Assembly (NCBI RefSeq): GCF_006345805.1 | Contig: NC_042998.1 | Location: 172,360,001-172,424,000, forward strand | Source of the DNA: Octopus sinensis | Taxonomy: Eukaryota | DNA: 64,000 bases | Direction: 5' to 3' | Program-made: the position numbers and the translations under genes | Shown: one piece after another, positions 40,621 to 54,234 of the stretch | How the letters are laid out: each line of letters begins with the position of its first letter | How positions within the stretch are numbered: the stretch's first letter is position 1 | The notes under the pieces: generated by a model | Databases searched by the model: none | The model's input: the letters and a program-made list of their open reading frames with translations, nothing else | What the model was told of the DNA's origin: nothing

Positions 40621-43600
40621 AAATGAATGAGATTGCCAGATTCATCATTCTTATACAAGTTCTTTTGTTTTTAAAAGAAAACCATCTGATACCATACAAT
40701 GTTTTTGAATGGAGATAGTTGGAAGACATGTTGTATCGATGCCATGTGGTGGATTAATATCAGGTTATTGGTGTAGGTATGATCTTACCAGATGAATCCA
40801 AATTTTGCAGCACTGCTACAGATAGTTGGTTTTCTTTCACTTCTTCAGTAGTACTCCTTTATCCTTGGAAACTGGTCAAGGCCTTCACAGTCATTCCATA
40901 ACACAAGGACATTCTTTAGATTGGTATCTGTTTTGAGTTCTAACAACCACTCACTGATAATTAAATTGACAGGCTGAGTCCTGAGTGAAAGAAGCAATAT
41001 TATTATTATTATGATACTTTGGGTCAAAATATTAGTGTCGCACAAAGTCTTAAGGTATTTAGTTTTGATCTTCATATTCTCAGTTCCAAACCTATCAAGG
41101 TTAACTTTGCTTTTCATTCTTCTAGGGGTTTGATTAAATGATTACCAGTAATATCTCAATCAACTTATATATTACGTAATCAATATAACTATTTTTTTTT
41201 TATTGTAGGATGCTCTTACACTTTTTGTTTTCCTTTTCTATCTCTTTCTCCCTCCCTTCCTTTACCTCTCTCTTTCCGTTTCTTATTGTGTATGTATAGC
41301 TGCAGTCCAAGTTAGCAGGTTGGCTAAAGGTTAAACCGCAGTGTGTGCATGCAAATGTGTAAAAAAATTGCATCTTAAATTTTGTTAAAAGTATCCTTCT
41401 CTCAGGTTACTCAATTCTCGATTGTCACATCTAGATTGTATCATCTCGCATGTTGGTTCTTTTTTTTTTTTTTTTAAATTCTTTTGCCATTTTTTAAAGT
41501 CTCTTATTTTTTTTGTTTTGTTTTTCAAACTCTGACACCTAGTGTACATAATGAAACTTCGAGGTGGGCCAATCACAATGGTGCTATCCTGACTTACCAG
41601 TTTTTCCATAATCTTCCGGTTGTTGTTGCTTAGACAATTCTTATATATGAAAGAGTATATGGGCCTCTGTTGATTTTGACGAAAGTATTGTGGGTGTTTG
41701 ATTAACTGAGCCACCTCCTCATTGAATTAGGGTGTGAATGCTTGGGTTTGCCACAGACGCACCTTTTGAGGTAATGATCCTCAGGCAGAATCAGTGTGAG
41801 ACAAGGCTGGCCTTTTTTTTTGATTATAAGTACAGTCCATACAACAAGCTTCCACACTTTCCAACTCAATTCCACTTAGTTTGAGTCAACTTGAATCAAG
41901 TAAACGACTCTTGCCCAAAATGCCACAAAATGGGATTGAGACACATATTGTATACATTGTGTGTATGAATATGAATTGGTGTGTAAGTAGATTCTAAAGC
42001 TTGTTTGGTTTCTGTATGTGTGTGTGAGAGAAAGATTAATCCATACAAAATCGAAATGTATGTGCATAGTAACTTGAATATATAAAAAATAAGCAAAATA
42101 AAGTAATCTTTATGCTGTAATATTTTTTACTGTTAAACTGTTTGCTGCACAGATCAAAGTGTAAATAACCAAAATTGGAATAGATTCTATTTTTGTAGAT
42201 AGTATGAAAATGACTGGCAATCCCTGGTCTGTCACCTGCAAAATAGGGAAATTAACAAACCTTATTTTTGCCACATACTCCACACACATGCATACACACA
42301 CACTTTGGTACACAGTTATTCAGAGTAATTGACAGTGTATATATACATTCGTGTGTGTTTATGTGTGCATATGTCCATGCACACACACACACACATTTAT
42401 TTTAATCTCATTTGGAGACTTGCCTTGTTAATTATGTTTCTCATCATTGAGCTTCAAATCTTTTTGACTTGCCTTAAATTTAAAATAGATTCACGTGTTT
42501 ACAAAATAATATGCCACAAACAACCCTGTGTTGAATTATACTATAAACAAAGTACTAGTTGTATTAGTTTGTGGTTATTCTACAAAGGAACGATGTGGTT
42601 GAATGTGTGTGTTTGTGTGTGTGTGAGCCTGTAAGTAGTAGTCTCTCATTTGAGTATTTTTGCTTATAATTTGAAATTTGATTGATTTTAAAAAGCAATG
42701 TTTTTCTTGTGGGATTCTCCTCCTCCTTCAAAGTGCAACTTCAAATTAATTATAGCAAAAAAATTTTATGTATTAACGATTGTCTCTTCTACAAAATCTT
42801 TCAGCTAGAATACTTTGTTCAATATAGCTGGAAAAGTACAGGAACTTCATTGAAGTTGTGTTGTTTTCTAAAGAATTATTATTCTTACTATAGAATATGC
42901 AATAAATTGTATTTATACTAAATATATATATAATATGTTTGTGTGTGCGTGTGTGAGATTAAGCACATGGTTGTTATATTCTTGCTGGCCATTCCGTGAT
43001 ATTCTATGTAGGGAACTCAAGTAATGTAGTAATTCTTGGGAATATTTAGATGTTTAGATGTGTGATGACTTCGTTCTGCAAGATAACTGAGCAGTAATGT
43101 TAATTTTTCAACATTGCTGAAACACCTATTTAAATTATATATATATATATGTATATATATGTATATATATATATAGGCACCTCTGTAAATATTGGATTGC
43201 TGTGTAAATATTGTACATTTTTCTATGGGGTCTAATTTATTATGTTGCTGTGTTCCTCACCCCTTATGCTTATCAAATGTGTTTGTCTACTCATCAACTT
43301 CTTGATCTCATTTGTTTGTTTTCCTTTTCAATTGAAAAAAAGAAAAAAAATCAGTTATATTCAAATGGTTTCTGATTGTTTCTCGTAATACATCTGAATT
43401 AAAATGCATTTTCTGACGACAATATGTAGCTGTAATAATTACCATCAACAGAATACTCAGAACTTTAAAAACCAAATAAAAAAGTAATTTAAAGTTGTCA
43501 TGTTTTTCTGTTTTTGATAATCGGTATCTTTCAGGAAACCTGCTGATGTACTATTGTAGTTGAGAGATCGTTAGTACCAAGGCATATTGCATTCATCATG

Positions 43601-43690
43601 GTTAGATCATAATTTGTCCAACATAAACTTTGGCAACTTGTCTAAGGTTGTTCAAGGCTTTATTTTTGACATTTTACTGGTCACCTGTTT

Positions 43691-43723
43691 CTCTGGTGAC
43701 ATGTTGGATCAGAGGTTTGCATA
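43691..43723 (+). promoter_or_regulatory. Repeated RNA hairpin element, copy 1 (CUCUGGU-GACAUGUUGG-AUCAGAG + GUU UGCAUA)
   Basis: 7-bp stem with one G-U pair and a 10-nt loop identical to copies 2 and 3. Confidence 0.6.
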
Positions 43724-43866
43724 ATGCTCTTCATATTAGTGACCTCCCCTATGATGGTCATTTGCAGGAGTTCTGTTTGTCCTCACAAGGTGTAAATGGC
43801 TAATTTACACACAGTATTCTCTCTTACTGCTGGAAACATTTTAAAAAAAATTCTTTTATTTTGTCT

Positions 43867-43928
<62 letters not shown>

Positions 43929-44118
43929 AGAGAGAGAGAAAGAGTTGTAATTTTTCTGCAGTAAGATTTTGTGTCAATCAGCCATTTTCACTTTAGTGAA
44001 TACCATTTCTTGTTAGTATACATTCTCTGTACATTCACATGATATTTTGAGTCATGGCTCCTTACTGTAATCAGTCACAATAAGGAACTCTGCCTCACCT
44101 GTCTTGTGTGTTGACAAT

Positions 44119-44151
44119 CTAAGGTGACATGTTGGACCTTAGGGCTGTATA
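44119..44151 (+). promoter_or_regulatory. Repeated RNA hairpin element, copy 2 (CUAAGGU-GACAUGUUGG-ACCUUAG + GGC UGUAUA)
   Basis: Perfect 7-bp stem with compensatory changes relative to copies 1 and 3. Confidence 0.6.
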
Positions 44152-44997
44152 CTAATGACAAAGCGTCTTGCTCGCAGCCAAGCAAGAAATCCAACATCTC
44201 GAGTGATGTGCCTGAACAAAACTATTGAGGTTATTTTTTTAATATTTTCAATCATGTACAAATAGATGGTCTCTTAATTTATGCCTATATATTTCAATAT
44301 GTTTTCTTCAATAACACAAGTGTTGCTTGATTTCTTGCTTCTGTTTGCAAAAAAGACAGAAGTTGTGCCTTATTGTGGAAAGTATTTTGCAGTTTGTTCA
44401 TTATCTTCCTGTAAAGTTTCAGGGAGACAGTATTAGAGTTAAACATTCAGAAACCTTACGAACACTATGAGGGTTGTTGTATTTGTGCACATATTTGTAT
44501 AATGGGTCAGCATGTGTGTAGACCCTGTATATAAAAATGTACACATATCCAACACTCTTTCTCACAGAACCAAGTTTGATAAAGTCACACATCTTCACTT
44601 CAAATATTTGTCCACAGTTTGCTTCATTACTCCCCTCAAAACAGAGCTCTAAACTAGCAACTCATGTCTGATTTTAACATTAAGGTAAGATAACTCAAGT
44701 AAGGTATTTACCTATATATCTAATCATTGGGTGTTGTAGCAGTTGTATGAAAAATATGATAAAGTAAGATATTTAGTTATATTTCATTATAGGGAAATTT
44801 GTCTTGTGATATGGATATGTTAATGTCAAGTTTCTGTGCACAAAAGGCTTATTCTGCGCTGAACTGTTGCTAAAAGCTTTAGATAAGTGAAATAACTTAT
44901 TGACTTTGTCCATGATTTCTTTTTTAGATATGTAGAAACCAAAACACCTGGTATCTACTGCTTTTAGCTATTAACACTGCAGCTCAGGTAATGCTTT

Positions 44998-45030
44998 CTT
45001 AGGTGACATGTTGGATCTAAGTTTTGCACA
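44998..45030 (+). promoter_or_regulatory. Repeated RNA hairpin element, copy 3 (CUUAGGU-GACAUGUUGG-AUCUAAG + UUU UGCACA)
   Basis: 7-bp stem with one G-U pair and the same loop. Confidence 0.6.
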
Positions 45031-46490
45031 GTTTTGCTTCTCTTTAACATCTTCATTTATTTTGTTTAGCTTTTGCTTTAAATCATCACGATAACCTCGT
45101 TAAAAATCTACATTGAAGCTAACATTTTCAGATTTATTTAAAACGAAAAGTATAGGTATTTTTGAAAATATTGTGTGTGTGTGTGTACCTACCTCAATGT
45201 CAGTTTTGCTGTAAAGGGACCAACCTGGAATTGTTGTGAAACTCAATTGAAGAAAAGCTCTTTTCAAATGATTAGAAGATATGCTTGAGTTTTTTTAACA
45301 AACAGCTTTACCACAATCACATCAGCTGATTTTTCTTAAATTTATTATTCCAGTCAGTCTTAACATGTAAACTCTCCCACTACTAAAATGATAAATAATA
45401 ATAATATAAGCTATTTTATATGTCTCCAGGCTGTACTCTATATTACTTATTTATCCTCTCAATAAGTACATTGCCATCAGATATTGACAACTTTGAATTT
45501 ACTTTCAATCCAGTGCTGAACTAAAATTTAAAACCAGCGAAAACATTCCCAAATTGTTTACTTCAGTCTCGCTGCTGTTGACTTCAACCTGCTTGAACTA
45601 GTTGAATCTGCTTTCGATATGAAACCAAAAGGAATATTCTATTCTCGAATGAAGTTTTTGAATTTTCAATAATTTCAGTTTTATAGTATTTGAACATGAA
45701 AACTTGAAGACTAACTATTAAGTAAATTATTGTCACTAAAAGAATTCTCAATTGATAGGAGCTCTGTATACATTTTGTACACACACACACACACACCTCT
45801 ATACTTAATTTATTAATAGATATTGAGGCTAAGCTACTGGACTACAGTTTAAACTAATATCTAATTTCCAGAAGAAACAAACTCATCAGAAATTATATAA
45901 AATAAAGGAAACTTAATAAAAAGAAAGTGTATGATAGGTAAAGGCATATTTTTTTAAATCTTAATTTCATATTTCTATTTGTAAATTAGATGAGCAATGA
46001 GTAAATAAAAAAAAAATCAAAATCATTAGTATATTGGGTATAGTTCAGTTGTAGGGCTCTGTTTGAAGTAATATCACTTCAGTGGCCACATAGAATTATT
46101 CTCTCATTTTCTGTACAGTATATTTTTTATTCTTGCCTTTGACAACAATACAAATTATGGAAAAACTGGTACTTTATTATTAGTTTTTGAAAGTTTTTCT
46201 TTTTTTTTTTTAATACCCCATGTAAATCATTTTCACTATTGCTAAATCAATTTTGTTGATGTCTTTGCATAATTTCTTCTACATTTAGTTATCTTTTGTC
46301 AGCTGATTAGTTGGCAATGGCAGGAAGAGCACCAGTGCTATGACTACTCTGTAACTATGACATTCTACACCCATATGAAAAAAAAAAAAAGTGCACGCAT
46401 GTTACTTGAGGCATTGTTTTCTGAAGCCAATGTCAATCTCCTTATACTGTAAAACTGTAGAATATTAGTAGAAATATAATTTTAGTGATG

Positions 46491-46535
46491 AATAAATTGT
46501 TTTGTTCACATACACTTGTTTTTGTTTTCTTTATT
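46491..46535 (+). terminator. Candidate distal polyadenylation signal of the MYPT-like gene
   Basis: AATAAA at 46491, CA dinucleotides at about 46507-46515, then a U/GU-rich tract. It lies at the end of a repeat-poor stretch. Confidence 0.4.
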
Positions 46536-49500
46536 GTATTTTATATGTTGGGATTCATGTGTTAAGTCATTTAATTTTTTGACCCCCAAGGAATGTGAAG
46601 CATGTATTGTGATTGAAAGGGATCCTCTCAACTAGAAAGGTACAAGGAATTGGGTGAAATGGCTCAGCCGGAAATTGAAACTTCATTGCAAACACAGCTA
46701 AGAGTTTATCATCACCCTACAATGAAGGTGCCCCTAGCCAGTCTCTTACCTATTATTTCAACATAAAACAAAATCCTGTGGGGTTTACCAATCTGGCTTG
46801 TGATTTTTTTTCCTTTTAAATTGTATGTTCTTATATCAAAAGGGCATATGGACGAGTGGTTAGGGTGTTGTAATGCAGACAATCACCATACTATCATTAA
46901 TACAAAGAGTTTGTATAGGTTATGATGAAACACTGTGTATTTTGAGTTGACTAAACCACAATAGTTGAAATGTGTAGTTTGTAGTATTGAATGGTTGTAA
47001 AGAAGACGCAGATATTTCCAAATATTACAAAACAAAAATATAAATTTTGGTAAAAGAAATTAAGACTTACGTGTTAAGTTGAATAACTTAACCCTGGTAA
47101 GCAAATTGAAAATCAAGTGTTCTTTTTTTTTTAAGAGTGTGTTATGTGGGAGATTTCATCTGCTACTTTTACTTGGTCAAGTGTCTGTAGAAGCTATTTT
47201 GGTGGCACATGAATAGTTAAGAGAGTGCTGTTCATTTAAAATAGGGAGCTTAAGTTATATTATCACCAGTTTTAAGCCTATTTCAACATAATTTGGGTGT
47301 TAACTAGACATCCAAACTAGATTCAGTAGATTCTTTGACTTTGTGAGGCCTTAGTAATGCTCTGGAAGTTGGACTTAATGGAATGAAAAACATGGGTGGT
47401 AGTTATTGAATTCATGATGTTAACTGATTTATTTCATCATCGTCATTGTTTAATGTCTGTTTTCCATGCTAGCATGGGTTGGACGATTCAACCGGGGTAT
47501 GGGAAGCTAGGCGGCTGCACCAGGCTCCAGTCTGATCTGGCTGTGTTTCTACAGCTGGATGCCCTTCCTAACGCCAACCACTCCGTGAGTGTAGTGGGTG
47601 CTTTTTACATGCCACAGGTGCCAGGGGAGGCTGAAAACCGATCGGTTGGTGCTTTTTATGTGCCACCGGCACAAGTGCCAGTAAGGCTGCACTGACATCA
47701 GCCACGTTCGGATGGTGCTTTTTACGTGCCACTGGCACAGGTATCACTACTACAATTTCCATTTGATTTTTTATTTTGATGTTGATGTGCTTGACTCTAT
47801 AGGTCCCCTCAAGCACACAGCATAAATCAGATGAAGGGCAACTTCATGACTTCCTGCCTATGAAACTGGTGGAGGAAAAAGAGAATGAAACAATAGCTCA
47901 TGGCAGACATATTCCAAATGCTATAACAAAGAACCGAGACTGCCCTGGTTCTAAGATACAAACTTCCTTTTGTTAAATTCTGTTCCAAATATCAGCCTGA
48001 TTACAACAGTTATTTTACTCGATTCTTCATTTTCAAAATTAACTGAAACAAAGACAGTGTCTTCCAACAGAAATATGGTAACAAAGGAGCTAAAAGCACT
48101 GAAAAGTATACAATGGTATTAACCTTTTTATTAACCACATTTCTGTTGAAATACACTACCTTCGTTTCATTTATGTTTAAATAAATGAAAAGCTTAACAA
48201 AATAATTCATTAGGCTTATCTCTGGAACATAACCTGAAATATTACTGGAAGATTTTGATTTAGATCTCATTAAAACAAGTTTATACCATGGAACCAGTCC
48301 AATCTCAGGGAGATTGGTATCAGAAAAGTTAATGTAGATAATTAATCTGATGATTCAACTGACTGGAACAGACCTGTTAACTGTTACAAGTACTAAATGG
48401 AATTTACTGACTTAAAAGGCTTGTGTACTAGCAAGTAAACTTGCTATCTTTTACCTTTTTTTTTTTTTAGAAATATTCTGTTCAAAGAAGTGTTTCATTT
48501 CCTTCTTTCTAAACATCAAAATACAGGATTTGGTGAATGCTGATCTTCGAAATATCTGTGAAAGTTTTGACAATGACTTTTGGTGACTACCTTAATTGCT
48601 TCTGAAGTGCTTGGTATAAAGGGGTCTCTTAAATTTAACTTGGTCTACAACAGGTTATTTCCACATGCATTTCAAGTCAGCATCATTTTCCATGACTGAC
48701 TCATTAATTTGTTCCATATCAAAGCTGTTGATGCTTTTTATTATTTTTCAACTATTTGATCTAATGAAAAATATTGTATGAAATCTAGTAGAGTAGGGGA
48801 GAATTTAGGACATGGTATTATGTTTTAGTTTTCAGTTTGTCCTCTTAGTGGAACAAAAGCTTGATAGTAAGGTGTGTTTCCAATATTTACGAACAGGATT
48901 TTCTTGAGTATTTTTGACTTCATATCCGCTGTCCGATCCACCTCAACTGATTTAAGGTGTTTTGAATCACACGTTCTCAGCTACAAGGATGATGTTCCTA
49001 AACTTCGCTCACAGTAAAAGGCTACAAATGGTGTATTAGCAAAGCGTATGGAAGTATAAAATTAGCAAAGTGAAACTTAAAGGAACAATTCGAAAAGTTG
49101 CAGCTTCTAATCAAATATGTAAACCATGTATCAAAGACTTGTTTGTTTTTAAATACAACTGTTCCCAATCCATATATGATTATTAATCCTGATTTTCAGA
49201 AGACCATTCAAACAAAAAGGACAATGTATTAGATATTATATGCCAACTTGTGCTAACTTTTCAAATAAACAGTCTATTAGTTTTGGTAACTGTATCGTAC
49301 CGAGTTTGACTTCATGACAGATGACTGTGGTAACATCAATTTGATCAGTGTTTTGTGGAGTAAACTGCAGAAGTCCACACACATGAACATGTATGCACAC
49401 GTAAGTATATATTAATGTTCAGGGATGTCTACTTTATCATCATTTAACATCTGTCTTCCATGCTGGCTTGAGTAGGACAGCCTGACAGGATCTGACAAGT

Positions 49501-50959
49501 CCAAGGATTACACGAAATTCCTGTGTTTTGGCATGGTTTCTAGAGCTGTATGCCTTTTCTAATGTATGTGTGTGTACTGTCAAGGCTACATTTTTGTCCT
49601 ACCTGCTAGCCTCTCATCCATGTAGCTCCTCTCACCCACCTCTTATAAGTTACCTATCTATCACCCGTGCCTTTATCATTCATATCTTTGTTGTCTATCT
49701 CTCAATTACTTCCTCCTCTTCTCACCTTCATTGTACTCTGCTGCTGATACAATTAAAATAGCAGTGGATTTCTTCAGCTAATTGTAATACATTACCTTCA
49801 GTGCAACCGGGGATGTTACATAAACTATCTGACCCTCCCTCCAACATTTTACCTCTTCTTTGCTCATCTTTTATCTTCTTAGCTCTCACACTATTAGAGA
49901 CTGCATTATACTCGGATGTACCTCAAAATTTACCTAAATTCTTAACTGGCCCTTTTGCACTGAAACCCATAGTTCATGGTTGCCATTTATCTACACCTTT
50001 CTTTCCATCATTCTTTTACTACTATTTCATGCAACCAGTACTTTGCTCCAACAAGATCAAATGATCCTCACAATGTAGAGTTGTTTGGTCTTGTTGAAGT
50101 CAGAACAACCTCTCAAGTGTTGGTGCCAGGAAAAATGTACCCAATGCACTCTAAGTTGGTTGGTATTTGGAAGAGGATCCAATTGAAGAAACTAAATAGA
50201 AAATGTTTGGCTGTGTGGCAAGTAGCTTGCTTACCAACCACATGGTTCCAGGTTCATTCCTACTGCATAGCACCTTGGGTCTTCTATAGCCACGGGTCGA
50301 CCAAAGTCTTGTGAGTGGATTTGGTAGACGGAAAATGAAAGAAGCCCGTTATATATATATATATATATATATATAGATGTGTTTGTACCCCCAACATCAC
50401 TTGACAACCAATGGTGGTGTGTCTACGTCCCCCTAACTTAGCGGTTCGGCAAAAGAAACCAACAGAATAAGTACTAGGCTTACAAAGAATAAGTCCTGGG
50501 GTCGATTTGCTGAACCAAGTAAAAGAGTAAAAAAAAAAAAAATAAAAGTTAGGATCTTCCAAACCATCTAGAAGAGCAGAAATGACCAGTCCAACCAACG
50601 CCAGTGGGAAGTGGAAGTGAATTGAGTTTTTGGTGATGATGATGACATACAATATATTTTTTTTCTGTGTTTATTAGTGTCAAGTTGCACCATTTTGTCA
50701 AAAACAGTAACTTAGGCTTTTGATAAATAGATATTGATGAAAATAACAAACTGAACAAAAACTGGGATCAATATAACTGATTAAAAAGCATTGAAGTGGT
50801 GTTTCTGCTTGGACACAGCATAACTAAAGTCAAGAAGAAGGATACTCGGTATTGTGTATATAACCTTGCCTCACAGGTAGTCCTTGGGTTATGAATGAGT
50901 CCTATTAAGTCTCTATAGATTGAAATAATGTACACTTTGCGTTTAGTGTGAGTCAAATG

Positions 50960-51451
50960 CCTGTTTAATATATAATATATAGTTTATTTAAAATATGTTA
51001 GATATTATAATGCTGTAACAATAAACATGCATGTAGTACAAATAAATATGTTGGTATTACAAAAACATTGATGAAACATTTCTGAAATAGTTCAAACAGC
51101 TCTTCTTCTTGATAACAAACCACTCAAAATGTGCAATTTTTCTTTCCAATGTTGTTACATGTGTCACAAAATGTTCTGCCTGTTTGTTATAACCAACTAT
51201 TGCATACAGTTTGAAATATTATAAGGCTTTGCAAAGGTCAGTTTGTCACTATGGATGTTTCTAAGTTAAAAAGTTCGTTTAACTGTCTGTGTAGGAATAA
51301 TTATTTATAATTTCAAATATGGCAAAATAGCTTTATCATATAAGTACCAGCATGGTTTGGTTTTCTTTTCAATGTTTAGTAGCAGCAAAATATATATGAA
51401 GTCACAGACAGATGTGGATTTCTTGAGATAATTTTACATCATACCACAGGC
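50960..51451 (-). other. Candidate non-coding last (3' UTR) exon of the BIR gene
   Basis: Minus-strand acceptor ttattatatttcag at 51452 and AATAAA (tttatt on +) near 50983. Non-repetitive, with no RING-like frame. Confidence 0.35.
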
Positions 51452-52149
51452 CTGAAATATAATAAGAACTGAAACAGTTATATAATCAATATTTAATTTC
51501 ACATCTCAAAGAAGTAATATAGAAGGTTGAATGAAATGAACAATACTTCCTTTTGTTCAACAAATCTGCACCATGTTCATTTGGAGAAAATATACGCAAA
51601 ATACATTAATCAAAGTTGTAGTTTACCCAAAATATAGCATTACCATAAACCTTAGAAATTCTAAATTTGTTGAGACTTACTTTGACAGGTCATACCATTT
51701 CTTCTGAGATTAAATATAATTTTATACAACGTTATAAATCCTATTTAAATCTACAATAGAAAGGCAAGAGTTATTTCCCTTATATTACTATTGTCGGTTA
51801 GACCATAAACCCCGCCTTAATTTCAAAAGTACATATTCAGGAACAAAAGTTTTTACTACTATAAAGCATGTAATATAGGCCCTGTGGTGACCCGCCACCC
51901 TGGATATTGTTTTGGGGAAAAATACATCATTAAATCCGGTATATTTTTGTTTAACAACATTTTGTTCCAACTTTTAAAACAACGAAGAATTTAGTAACAT
52001 AACTTTATTATTAGCATGAGGAAGGGGATTCAGCGGTAGAAACTATACCAAAGCAGACTTTGGTGCATGAGACATGCCTCTGATTTGTCAGACCCTGTTG
52101 AACTATCCAACCCATCATTCCAGTATGGATGACAGATGTTAAAGGATGT

Positions 52150-52602
52150 GTAATTGTAATGATGTTGTGTGTGTGTGTTCGAGTGTGATCGTTACCAGTG
52201 TCGTCTTACTGACACTTGTGCCCCGTGCTAGTAGGGTGCTAAGAGCACCATCCAAGTGTGATCGTTGCCAGAGCAGCCAACTGGCTTCCGTGCCAGTGGC
52301 ACATAAAAGGCACCATTCGAGCGTGACCGTTACCAGCATCGCCTTACTGGCACCTTTGCCGGTGACATGTGTAAAAAGATTCGAGCGAGGTCGTTTCCAG
52401 TACGGCCTGACTGGCCCCCTTGCCAGTGGCACGTAAAAGCACCCACTACACTCTCGGAGTGGTTGGCGTTAGGAAGGGCATCCAGCTATAGAAACTCTGC
52501 CAGATCAAGATCGAAGCCTGGTGCAGCCATCTGGTTCGTGAGCCCTCAGTCATACGTCCAACCCATGCTAGCATGGAAAGCGGACGTTAAACGATGATGA
52601 TG
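52150..52602 (+). mobile_element. (ATG)n-tailed SINE family; other copies at 47437-47815(-), 56511-56694(-), 57324-57430(+), 59983-60366(-), 62012-62130(-)
   Basis: Shared ggagtggttggcgttaggaagggcatccagct...ccaacccatgctagcatggaa tail. Confidence 0.85.
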
Positions 52603-53429
52603 CACAAGCTTGGTAGTGTCGCTATAAAGATTGCTTTACAACCACTCTAGCCCCACTGTGCAACATCTTGGGTTTACTTCTTCTATTATAGCCATGGGCC
52701 AACCGATACCTTGTAAGTGAATTTGATAGCTGAAAACTGCGTGGAAGGTGTATATCTGGGAAAGATGAGAAGTTGTGAGGAGAGAGCAGGGAGAAACGAC
52801 GAAGTAGAGGATGACTGCAGGAGGATCAGTGAGAGGGGAGAGATACTGAAAGGTACCATAACGGTTGGAGGAAGGGGAAGAACAAAGTGAATGTCATGAA
52901 AGCATCCCAAATAACGAGGCAGTGAAAAGAGGTAAAAGAAAAACAATGTATGGCTGCAGAGGGGGTAAGAGAGGCAAGAGGATATCCAAGGTGTAAGGGT
53001 GGTGAGTGAAATGGTAGTAAAAGGTGTTGGGTAGCAACAGAGGTAACTCAGGAGAGAGAGTACTGTGACTGATGAAGAAATGGTTGTCATAGAGAGAAGA
53101 TGTAAAGTGATGGGGCAGGCTTCTTGGCAGAGAGCAAATATGTGTGAGTGTGTATACATTAACATCTGTAAAAACATCCAGAAAACCCTTAGTTGTAACT
53201 TGCAAGAAAATATGACCTGGCTGCATGTACCATGCTTCACTAATTCTTTTAGGTGCTTAGTCATAAGTAGACATCAATACCCCACTTGGCCCTTCCAGCG
53301 GGGCAGAAAGAGAATTGTACTAGTACTTGACTGGGTCAACAGGAAGTGAAGTGCTTTCTACAAAAGGAAAAAAAAATACACCACCCATAGTAATATTCTT
53401 CACATAAGGAACATATGCACTTGCTATAT

Positions 53430-54000
53430 ACATTGGAATGGAGAAAGCCTTTGACAGGGTCCACCGAACCCTTATCTAGAGGTCTATGTGGAAACTAGGG
53501 ATAGATGAATGGTTGGTGAGAGCTGTATAAAGCATTTACAGGGATGCTACTAGTAAGGTGAGGGTTGGCAACGAGTACAGTGAAGAATTCAGGGTACAAG
53601 TAGGGATTCACTAAGGATCAGTCCTCAGTCCCCTTTTATTCATCATAGGCAATAACAGGGGAATTTAAGATAGGCTGCCCATGAGAACTCCTCTATGCTG
53701 ATGGCCTTGTTCTTATAGCTGAATCACTACCAGAACTAGAGAAGAAGTTTCAGGTAATAAAGCAAGGTCTATAATTGAGGGGCCTTAGAGTTAACCTAGC
53801 AAAAACCAAAGTCTTAGTAAGTAGGATTGCAGACAAAAATCCCGAATCCCTTCAGGTAGATGGCCCTGCTTGATCTGTAGAAAAGGCATAGGTAGAAACT
53901 CCATAAGATGTATCTGGTGTAAGCTATGGACACATCAGAGGAAGGTTAACAGGGGAAAATAGCTTTTGTATGTGGAAGATGCACAAGTAAAATAAACACC
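53430..54000 (+). mobile_element. Degraded RTE-clade LINE RT fragment
   Basis: EKAFDRV, KLGIDEWLVRAV, GSVLSPLLFII and LLYADGLVLIAESLPELEKKF motifs, with stops. Confidence 0.85.
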
Positions 54001-54234
54001 GAAAATGTACGGAAATTTTAACCCAACAGAGACTATATAAAGCCAAAGTGAATTCAAATGTACCACAGTCTGATGAAAGCTAAGTAAACTGAAACATCTA
54101 AATCACTCTCAATACAATTCTTGTTTGAGAATAATAAATATGTATTCTGTAAAAAGCATTGAGTAATCCTTCAGTTTGATGTAAAGTCATTTTATTATAA
54201 CTTGACATAAAACCAAACATTAATACATATAATA

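Noticed and set aside
43696-45020. The three repeated motifs as extra alternative coding exons (ag|GTGACATGTTGG) or p53-like half sites
   Set aside because: Copy 1 lacks the AG, the reading frames end inconsistently, and neither model explains the compensatory stem changes.
46328-46345. CAGUG loop resembling an iron-responsive element
   Set aside because: No 5-bp upper stem or bulged C around CAGUGN.
52686-53349. 192-aa hydrophobic ORF and overlapping ORFs
   Set aside because: Low-complexity purine/pyrimidine-skewed repeat-like sequence with no domain or splice support.
54070-54110. CTGATGA...GAAAC hammerhead-like core
   Set aside because: Stems I-III cannot be formed convincingly.
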